A stretch of 64,000 nt of DNA from Daphnia carinata. Its lineage: Eukaryota. Positions 54,919-64,000 of this stretch are shown piece after piece. Under the pieces are notes generated by a model, which made no database searches, was not told the origin of the DNA, and saw nothing but the letters and a program-made list of their open reading frames with translations. Positions within the stretch are counted from its first letter, which is position 1, and each line of letters opens with the position of its first letter. Location: the NCBI RefSeq assembly GCF_022539665.2, contig NC_081333.1, forward strand, positions 6,820,001-6,884,000, in the 5' to 3' direction. A program made the translations under genes and the position numbers.

Positions 54919-54986
54919 ACTCGTATGGGAACCGATCCCCAGACATTCAGCGTTCAACGCCGATGCTCTAACATTGAGCCACGAGA
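54919..54986 (-). pseudogene. tRNA-like relic
   Basis: CTCGTGGCTCAATGTTAGAGCATCGGCGTTGAACGCTGAATGTCTGGGGATCGGTTCCCATACGAG shows acceptor, D, anticodon and T-like arms, with a degenerate T-loop. Confidence 0.55.
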
Positions 54987-55085
54987 TTTATCATAATGTT
55001 TTATTATCGCATATCAAATGTTATCGTCTAGGATGTTTATGCAGTCTTTTACAACCATATGTTTATCTTTCTAATATTGTCATTA

Positions 55086-55150
55086 GGTCCATAGCTCTGT
55101 GGTAGAGCGTTTAGCTGCGATACCTGTTACCCTGATTTCAAACCTCAGTT
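55086..55150 (+). pseudogene. tRNA-like relic
   Basis: A-box/D-arm TAGCTCTGTGGTAGAGCG and a degenerate T arm CTGATTTCAAACCTCAG. Confidence 0.45.
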
Positions 55151-55298
55151 AAAGTTTAAGAATGAAGCAGAATATATGTATAAAAGAATGTTGATGTATT
55201 GCATTTCAGTTTTATTCTGTTCTATTCAGTTCTCTTCTTTACATTAACTGTAAATGCAAGTCCGCAAGTGACTAGAAAAAAGCCAACGTAACATCACA

Positions 55299-55368
55299 TG
55301 ATTCATAGCTCATTGGTAGAGCATCGGCACGGCATGCCGAACATCCAGGGTTCGATTCCCTAATAATT
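55299..55368 (+). pseudogene. tRNA-like relic (pseudo-tRNA)
   Basis: TAGCTCATTGGTAGAGCA, anticodon stem TCGGC/GCCGA and T arm AGGGTTCGATTCCCT are intact. The acceptor stem is broken and the anticodon loop is non-canonical. Confidence 0.6.
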
Positions 55369-55620
55369 AAAAAATGAAGTCTAATCAATGGATAAACGAT
55401 TGTCTAATGGAAACTAGGCTTACCATTATTGATGGCACAACGCTTACCATCAAAGGTGTCAAAAACAATAAAGGCGAATCGAGCAAGCTGACTAGAAAAA
55501 AAAGCTGATAAATGTAACTTGTGAATACAGCGAAAACAGACACTGAAATAAACAACCTTTAGCAAAAACATTTTTATAAAAAGAATTTATTGACAATCCT
55601 CTGCACAATACAAATATTTT

Positions 55621-55997
55621 TGCAACTTTAAAAAGGCATAATAGCCCTTTCAATAGTTGCCATCAACCCAGGCAGGGGGAGACACTGCCTTGTTGACCCA
55701 CCAGGGAGATTACCCGGTGATTGACTAAGAGAAGCCGGAAGAAGAGCTGAAGATTTGGAACATTTTTACTGGAGCGATTAACCTTTAATTCGGATTTGTG
55801 GGTAGCCACGTCGCCCTCCGTGAACACATCATCGGACTAAGCGGACCCCCACGTCCCCTTTCCGGCACAGAGCCCTCCAAACCTCGGTATATGTTATTTT
55901 TATATATACCGTACAGTAGGGGCATGACCCCCTACGGGCTTATTATGAGTCAAGGGGAAACGGGGCTACGGAAAGGAAGGGAGCCCAGATATGCACT
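55621..55997. other. GC-rich, highly structured module (right copy)
   Basis: Nested stems: CCTTTCCG/CGGAAAGG, AGCCC/GGGCT, CGGTATAT/ATATACCG, GTAGGGG/CCCCTAC, TCAAC-AGGCAG/CTGCCT-GTTGA, GCAACT/AGTTGC. Confidence 0.6.
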
Positions 55998-56332
55998 TCA
56001 ATTTCTGAATTTTAAATACCGTTTGGGGAATATGAATTAAGTGTAGAACTTCCATGTAGTGTATCCAAACGTAAAAATTAATTCATGACCTTGCCCCAAA
56101 CAAGAAACCTTTTCAGATCAAAATTTATCGTTCATCTATGAGACAATAAAACACCATTAGCATAAAAACTCTTAATTCACATGTATAGTTCGTACCTTAC
56201 ATGATCGTGAGTTGATTGCGAGCATATTCTTCTGTCAGAACTATAAAGGATTGCTGTTGTAACGGATTCATTAACACAAGGTGGTACTTCTCATTAGACA
56301 ATTTGCATTACTCTATTACTTAACCTCACACC

Positions 56333-57300
56333 TTAATGGTAATGCACTCTCAGTGTTTTTTCAACTGTAGGCTCACTCTTCCATACTGTAACACTTCCAG
56401 ACTTGACTTGAACCCCCGCTAAAATTCTGTGAATGCAAAATAATAGCATTAAAAATACTTTTTCGATAGACAAAAACCAAAAAAGTACCTAATCCATGTT
56501 TCATGTTGAACTCGTGCCATTTCTGTGTTTCAATACCACACCCATTTTCCGCCCAAATACAGTCCCACAATTCTTCAGTTCCTTCGCTGCATGGATTTAT
56601 TACTAACAATTCTTTTAGTGCAGCACTAACAGAATTTAAATTTAACACACTGTCAGGTGGTGGACTGAATAACTAAACAGTAAATAATTATTTGTTAAAA
56701 TTCTATACTTATTTGGAATTCTTATTTGAAAAGTTTAGGCACCTGACTGTGTTCACCTGATGCCAACTCATCCTCACGTTCAGTTAGGGATGAGTTTTGA
56801 AAAACCTCCTTCACTGTTTGGAAACTGTTTTGTTCCAATTTGTTCTTTTCCCCTAGCTGAGCTTGTAGACTCAAAAATTTGAGCTACAAAACACGAATGA
56901 ATAAAAGCAAATAAATAGAATCATTACGTATTAGGCCCAGTGTATTGGATTTTGGCCACAAAACAAAAACAAAGAATGAATAAAAGCAAATACAAAAAGT
57001 AGAACATAACCTAAACTAACCTAAGCTAACTTTAACTAACCTAAGCAGTAAAATCCAATTTAATCCACATCCACAAATGATGTGATTTGGATTTGATTGG
57101 ATTTGATGATTTGGTTTGTTAAAATCCAATACACTGATTAGGCCTACCATCCTTAGCTTTGTTGTTATCTAATATTTTGTGTTGTTCCAATAACTGGGCC
57201 TGCAGCTTCATAATTTGATCTAATAAACAATAATTAATAATTGAAAACCAATATAATAATGTTTATACTTACCATTTTTTTGTTTTATTATCTTATCCAT
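56333..57300 (-). pseudogene. Mirror copy of the decayed gene in the right arm
   Basis: Same exons, ending ...KSEPTVEKTLRVHYH*. There is a 1-nt frameshift near 56875 and a MITE in intron 2. Confidence 0.55.
56938..57136. mobile_element. hAT-like MITE
   Basis: TIR CAGTGTATTGGATTTT/AAAATCCAATACACTG with an 8-bp TSD ATTAGGCC on both sides. It is absent from the left arm and contains AACCTAA-like repeats. Confidence 0.88.
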
Positions 57301-57711
57301 TTTTCAATTTTTCCTCCAGCCACGCGTTGTTCTCCAGCCACGCTACTCAATTAACCGCTAATGGGATACAATTAACTGAAATTGCTTACATGCCTGTAAT
57401 AACGAAACCGACTGATAGATGGCTACGGGTAGAAAAAAGAGAAAAAAGTGCGATTTTTTTTTTTTTTTTTCGGCCATTTTTTTTTTTTTATGTAAAACGG
57501 ATTGCCATATAAAACGGTTTTTGAATAATCAAAGAAGCTTGATGCGTCACGCTAGCGCTGTAGCGTACTGGCGCGCTAGTAATGGTTTCAATTCGCGCAC
57601 ACACTAATTTTATATTTTATATTATTCCAAAACTATACACTCTACGTAAAAACAAATTCCATTTTCGTGTTCCTTGGTTAATTTTGAATCAGAATCATAT
57701 ATAGTTATCTA

Positions 57712-58390
57712 GATTTAATGATGTTATTTTTTAATAGGACAAAATTTTAACAGTGTATTGGATTTTAACAAACCAAATCATCAAATCCAATCAAATCCAA
57801 ATCACATCATTTGTGGATGTGGATTAAATTGGATTTTACTGCTTAGGTTAGTTAAAGTTAGCTTAGGTTAGTTTAGGTTATGTTACCCGAGAACTTTTGC
57901 TGTCTTGAATGATTTAAAGATCCAATGCAAATCCGCAAAAAATTGGATTTGCTTCGGATTTCTTTGTTTTTGCGGATTTGATTGGCCAAAATCCAATACA
58001 CTGAATTTTAAGCCCGACAATATAAGCCCGACCTCCTGTTTTTTTTGTTTAATTCAAAAACTATATGGCCAATTAAAAAATAAACTTTATATTCGTGATT
58101 AGCATTCCATTCTGCATCGAAATCATGTATTTTAAGCCAAATTTAAAATTTGACCAAAAATGAAAAAGTTCAAAAAGTTTCAATTTTGGCAAAATTTTAG
58201 ATTTCGCTTTAAATACATGGTTTCGATGCAGAATTGAACGGGCATCACGAATATGAGGGCTGTTTTCTCATGGGACTCATAGCTTTTGAATAAAACGTAA
58301 AAAACGGTAAAGGTTGGGTTAAAAAATAAGCCAGGGCTTATATTGTCTGGCTTAAAATTTTTTCCTATTAAAAAACAATAGCATTAAATT
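57712..58390. mobile_element. Palindromic MITE, interrupted by the second hAT MITE
   Basis: TTTTTTAATAGGA.AAAATTTTAA[MITE]GCCCGACAATATAAGCCC mirrors GGGCTTATATTGTCTGGCTTAAAATTTT..CCTATTAAAAAA. The inner ATTCGTGAT..TTCTGCATCGAAA.CATGTATT mirrors AATACATGGTTTCGATGCAGAA..ATCACGAAT. Boundaries are approximate. Confidence 0.75.
57751..58003. mobile_element. Second hAT-like MITE copy, in inverted orientation
   Basis: Same TIR, 8-bp TSD AATTTTAA. About 130 nt are essentially identical to the first copy. Confidence 0.88.
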
Positions 58391-58600
58391 TCATTCGCAT
58401 AATAATTAAGTTAAATAAGTAGAATATAAAAATTAATTACTGTATACTTATATGTTAATCAAATAAAGTTATTAATTAAAAAAATTATATATTTACATGG
58501 CTAGAATATGTAAAGTTGTATTTAGAAAATTAAATAGGAATCTGGCCGCTAGATGGCGATAGCTGTAAGAAGAAAAAAAAACGGCCGAAATTTTTTTTTT

Positions 58601-58625
58601 TTTTTGGGTAAAACGGATTGCCATA
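58601..58625 (+). mobile_element. Further transposon end, TTTTTGGGTAAAACGGATTGCCATA
   Basis: Identical to the copy ending at 52536. Confidence 0.7.
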
Positions 58626-58664
58626 CATGTGTGCTATAAGGATAAAAGCAAAACAAACCAAGAA

Positions 58665-59911
58665 ATGAATTTTGGTTCCCACATAATATTAACTCGGATC
58701 TTCCACAGCTCAGTAATTTGTAAAAAAACTTCAACCCAGGCAAAATTCTTGGCAAAAATAATGGGAGGTCAAAAAAAAAAGTACAGATTTTAGTTAAACT
58801 TGTTGTACTTTTTATCTTCGTGCAAACGACCTTCATTTATTTGTTTTTATTACCATGTCCTACTACGTCTTATCTTTATTAGAAAAGAACATCACTATTT
58901 CATTGAAAACCGATCAACGTCTTTTCTGCCAGAATTCTTGGAAAAAAATTCTGGTGGAAATACTAAGATGATAAATCGCAGAGTCGATATTTTAAACTCT
59001 GTGTTTTTGGAGAGGATTAGTGATCTACTACTATCAGCCAAACAAGATCATGGTTCAACCAGTGTACACCAAAATGGCTTTCTGGTGACAAAGGTAACCA
59101 TATTTTATAGCTACAGGATGATCCAATAAATTTATTATTGCTTGATTAGGTAAAATACCAAAGTGATGGCTCAGCACTTCATGTATATTGGCAGGCAGAT
59201 ACAGATTATGTCTCAGTGGAGAAAAAGCTACCACAAATGGGGGGTTGGTTAAGACATGAACTTTCTCAGCTCCAGAATGGACGAGTTCCCCACATAAACT
59301 TTATATATGGTAATTATGTCTGCTATGTTTCGATTTGGAATTTATGTGGAATTGTCAAAATGCTGTTCTTTTAGATACGAGTAATTATAAAGCTACCGAC
59401 GTGGAAGATCTCTTAAAAATTGCGGATTTTGGACCCGACCATATTTCACATCTCACCAGTGTAGGAGAAACGTTTGTCTCAACAAACAGGAACGAAACGA
59501 AAACGAAGGAGAAGCTCGCAAAAAGCTGTAATGTGCTCGGCGTTGATCGAAATGCCATAATCAACCAAGTACTACAATACTTCATTCCTTGTCCAATTAC
59601 AGGATAGATTGATCAAACAGATTTCTTAGGTATCGAGATCGATTAATCATGTTCCCAAAGTTACGTCAGTTAAACACCAAGCTACCAACAGCTACTCGTT
59701 TGACAGTCAACGTCGGGTGGATTTCAAAAAATACCTTCGGGATCAGGAAATTTTGAAAGCTAGAATGGAAAAGAGACAATTGAGGTCGATGACAGAGAAC
59801 ATAGACCTGGCCAGCTTAGCTAGAAACACAAGCAATCCTTTTATCGACGATGTGTCCGAAGAAGATGACTACGTCGAAGATGAAAATTACGATGAGGAGT
59901 GTTCAAAGTAG
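58665..59911 (+). CDS. RBFA: Mitochondrial ribosome-binding factor A, multi-exon
   Basis: Transit-like MNFGSHIILTRIFHSS, NRRVDILNSVFLERISDLL, VTKV..ALHVYW, GWLRHELSQLQNGRVPHINFIYD, LLKIADFGPD and an acidic tail. Confidence 0.8.
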
Positions 59912-60639
59912 GATTGTACAATTGATAACAGTATGATTTATTGTTCACAAATATGCGCATTACAATGGTGATTTTGTTCTGAAATTTATGAAGTATCATT
60001 TCACAATAGTGACGCATGCTTTCTTAATGGCCAAGTTCACTCTGTTCATGCAATGTAACACAACCTCTCTCGTTAGTTTTGAGGAATGTATAGGATAACA
60101 GCCATATTTACTGCATCCCTCACCCAAAGCATGTTACGATAGAAAAACGAACTTCCCCAAAATATATGTTGAGATCCACGTTAATTTTTTCAACCATTTT
60201 CTCGGGGAAGAGGGAAAAATTAATTTGTAATTTGGAAAGATCTACCGAAGCAGTCGACAACAGAAAAAAATAAAAGAAAAAGTATTCAAAAGAAACCCTA
60301 GCAAAAAAACTACTCGCACGATTGGTGGCGGGAGGCAAAAAGAAATACGCGAACATGCGCTGTAAGGCTAAACACATTTGTTATATCACAAAAGACGGTG
60401 AGCGCACCTTTGAAACATTATTGATGTTGATTTTCTTAAATTAAAGAATGAATTTATGGCATCTAAGAAAAAAAAAATAAGAGAAAAAGAGAAATTTCAC
60501 TCTCTTGTTCGCGGCTTCATTTCTCAGGAGATGGGGACTATTATTTGGACGGATGTCTGCTTCGTTGTAAGTTCATCATCCTAACGGCTATGGGAGTGCG
60601 ATGAGGTCAAGCTTCAGTGTACGCACTAAAACGAACATC

Positions 60640-63600
60640 TTAATCAAAGACCTGCAGCAGGATGTGAAGCTCCCGAAACGTCTGCCCCATCTTGCCGGCC
60701 ATGGCTTGACGTTTGAGAACAAAGGCTTTTATAGGCACCAATTGACTGTAACACGACATGCACTTGTTGAACCTGCACAAATAAAATCTGTACGTAATCT
60801 ACGATTTTTTTAAAAAAGAAGACTTTATGGCATTACCGCTCCTGACGTGAAATATCCACCCCCACCGACTGAGTAGGAGTTTCGATGTTGCTCTTGATCA
60901 CCGTGGCGAAATTTTTCAATACCAATCTCAATGAATTGCAGGCTGTATTGACATACCTGGTGAAGCAATCACAACTTAATGCATATGCTAGTGTCATCAA
61001 TAGTTAAGGACTACTCAACTTACACTTCAAATTTACTCTGAAGAAGATCAGCAATGGCGGGCAGTAACAAAACGCACAAATCCAAACTCCACAAAAATCT
61101 GCGCAAAAAGAGAAATTCGAAATTAAATTCCAAGTCGTCTCTTCCATCTTTCAAATTGGCTTACGGTCGGAAAATGATGACACTGAGCAAATCAACGACA
61201 ACGGCCGGGTCATTCATATTCACCGCCGTCTCCACAGCCACCTGCAAAGGGGTACGTAATTAGAATGCCTATAAAGCAAACAAAAGGAAGTCAAACAGCG
61301 AAAAATACCTTGGCGTCTTTATTTTGCCAAAGGTTGTAGACGACTTGCAAGTTGCGATGCCGACTACTTAAAACGGTCATCATAGGTTGATGGCCCTGAA
61401 CGATGTTGGTCACGACTTCCAGCTCTGTTTGTTCTAACGCCAGTGAACTGGAGTCTTCGTATGGGCTTGACATTCCGGACACCGAAGGGCTCCCGCCTCC
61501 CATTGACAAAGAGTTAAATTTGCGCTGTAAAACAAAATTAAACATTAAAAAAAATAAACCTCTAATTACTCTATGAATCTCGTTACCGGCATAAAATCCT
61601 CGAGATCGAGGCCTGTTAGTTTATCAGTCATAACTGGAACGTAATCTTGGTGAAGAGCCACGGGAGACTGGGACGTCATAAATGGTGAATAAAGAGAATT
61701 GACTCTGCCTTTCGAAACGGGTACAGTTAAGTCAGGCCGATTGCGAGTTAAAGAGCTGGAACGGGAGGTCGAATGCGATCGCATACTCAAGGAAGGCTCC
61801 GACGGACTGTGACGTATGTTGTTCAACCTGGGCAATAAAAAGATAATAACCAGGTTCGCAGCAAATTACAAAATAAAATGACAAACTTTGGTGGATTTTC
61901 CGGATCAGAAAGTGAAGGTTGTAAAACTTCTTTTATCGAATCTTTTCGATGAATCAAATTACGATGAAGTGAACGGCCACGCGATGTATGTGGTCCTGTT
62001 GGCGGTAAAACGGGTGGACCTCCACTCAAGTGGGTCACATCCGGACGGGGAGACGTCATGGCAATTAAATTGGTCGGAGTGTGCAAGTTAACGTTGTAAG
62101 ACTCTGCTCAACAGAAGAAATGATAAGGGATTGAGCAGACTAGGAAAGACCGAGAAAGGTATCATTCCTATTATTTATATATACACATTTTTTTTTACCT
62201 CTTTCTACGCTAGAGATTGATGTGATGTTTTTGTTTGATGACACAGTAACAGACGAAGTGCTGTTTCGTCTCTCTCGCATTGTCGTAAAACCAGCGGCCG
62301 GCCTCCCAGGTCCACTTTGTGGAGTTTTGACATAGGGAGGTGAAGGTGATGGTGATGGGCGATGGACCGGACTATTCCCCGATGCCGGCGTAGGGAGAGG
62401 CGAATGCTGCTGAACCAGATCAGGCGGTGGAGGACGGATAACATGCGGAATAGCTGTATCTAAACGACAGTAATCAAATCATGAACTTTATTTTTTGTTT
62501 TTATGCTATACGAACAATATAGAAAGAAAAAATGTTATTAAAAAAAACGAAAGGTAACAAGGAAAAAAACACACACACAAACAAAAAAAGAACAACAAAA
62601 AAAGGTGTGACCGCAAGCAAATGCCTCTAGACGGTAATTGGAAACCAGAGCAAACCAAAGATTACCACCACCACCCACGCCATACTTTTTGCTTTCTTTT
62701 TTTTTTGAATCAACTTACCCAGTTTCACTTTGTCGCCGATTAGTACCGTGCTTGACTCTTTGTCCGAACTGATCTCGAGCGGAGGAGGCGTGCGAGACAC
62801 TGCAAATGCCAAGAAACACGAAAAATAAAAAAAAATCGTGTTGTTCCAATTAAGGTTCGAAATTTTAGAAAGTCTTTCGCCAAATATCGATATCGATAAA
62901 TGGCGGAATTGTTCCTTTATGGTTCAGAAGGCCAACTAAATGACTACAGCAAGGTGAAACGGACGCACTGGAATTTGAATTGGAAATTTTTACACGGTTT
63001 AAGGTCTTTTGCTAAGGCCAGCCTGCAATAAACTTAAATGGAACAACATTGTCACAATAACCACGGAGGTAGTCAAAAACAGGATTTCCAAATTTGTTGT
63101 GCGACATGCAAAAAGACTGTGGACGCACGAGTAACGTAAGAATGAACTAGAAAATACATGCCAGCGCTTACACTCTCTGCCACGCGGTGGGAAAACGTCG
63201 TGGTATTGGTTAAATTCCTCAGTAGCAATAATACCATCATCTTCCGTTTCAGTGCTCGATTTTTCATCCGATTCAATTGTGTCGCGATTTGTTTTAATTT
63301 GACTTTGGCGCACACCGCCCGGCGGTCGCTCCTTGTTGAAACTCTTACGAAAAGATTGGCCATGCTGAAATGCCATTCCACCTCCGCTTCCTCCTCCAAT
63401 GCCAACTCCTCCTCCACAAAGACCAGATGAGGACTGTGACGAGTCTCCAAAAGGTGCCACTTTTTTCAGGTCGATAACGTAAATCGACACGTTACTCAAG
63501 TTATACGAGACGCCAATCTAAAATTTAAAAGTCTAAAAACTGGATACCAATTTAAGTTGACGCATTTCTTTACCAACTGGCTAGAAGTGACGGCCATGTC

Positions 63601-64000
63601 TTGAATGCGACCCCATGGAAGCGGAATGCAATCCAAAATACGACAAGGTTCCCATCCATAAACTCGCAGTCCATCTTGAGCCGCACTGAATAAACATTTC
63701 CCTTCGGGGTGGAAATAAATCGATCTGAAAGGAGAAATGTACAAATTCAGATTTGCATGTAGCATTACGCAAGAAACTAGTCACACCTGATGCCGCTGGT
63801 TTCCGGATCGGAATTGGAAACTAAAGTAAAGTTCTCCAAATCCCAGAAGAGGACGCGTCGATCGGCGGCTCCCGATGCCAGCAAGAACTCGTGCGGGTGG
63901 AACACGACCTCGGTGACTGCCGCCGTGTGCTCACGCAACTCGGACAAAAGTCGGCCAGCTCTCAGGTCCCATATCTTTTGTGATGGAATCAAACATTAAT
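60640..64000 (-). CDS. KATNB1: Katanin p80 WD40 subunit B1 (5' part lies outside the window)
   Basis: WD40 region: IWDLRAGR, FHPHEFLLASGAADRRVLFWDLE, LRVYGWEP. C-terminal con80 domain: GHQPMMTVLSSRHRNL, GVDISRQER, GQTFRELHILLQVFD*. Confidence 0.93.

Larger units (their letters stand above)
52537..57509. mobile_element. Foldback-type non-autonomous DNA element with long inverted arms (~52537-54790 and ~55430-57509)
   Basis: Termini are TATGGCAATCCGTTTTACAT ... ATGTAAAACGGATTGCCATA. The arms align along their length, giving mirror ORFs 53205/56648 and 54427/55798. The right arm lacks ~53625-54030 and has a MITE insertion. No transposase was recognised. Confidence 0.85.

Noticed and set aside
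55269..55500. TGACTAGA (miR-279 seed) occurring twice
   Set aside because: Each is followed by poly-A with no pairing arm, so the match is coincidental.
57007..57045. AACCTAA repeats resembling TTAGG telomere sequence or a telomerase template
   Set aside because: They are degenerate and lie inside the MITE in both copies.

Overview
This is eukaryotic, AT-rich DNA with short introns, most consistent with a cladoceran crustacean such as Daphnia (an inference from intron size and gene content). The left ~30 kb holds a four-coding-exon alpha2-adrenergic-like octopamine GPCR with a 15.5-kb intron. A dense cluster follows: IDH3B(-), tRNA-Thr(UGU)(-), BRMS1(+), CoREST(-), a decayed SLC5/SMVT-like transporter pseudogene(+), DPH6 with RidA domains(+), PHF10/SAYP(-), POLA2(+), mitochondrial RBFA(+) and a 5'-truncated KATNB1(-). 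The long POLA2 intron carries two miR-279-family hairpins. Between POLA2 and RBFA is a ~6-kb composite mobile region. Its core is a ~5-kb foldback element with ~2.2-kb inverted arms; each arm carries a decayed spliced gene and a ~380-nt GC-rich structured module that is better conserved than its flanks. The spacer between the arms has three tRNA-like relics, and the region also has extra element ends, two hAT-type MITEs with 8-bp target duplications and a palindromic MITE. This region is the most unusual part of the window.
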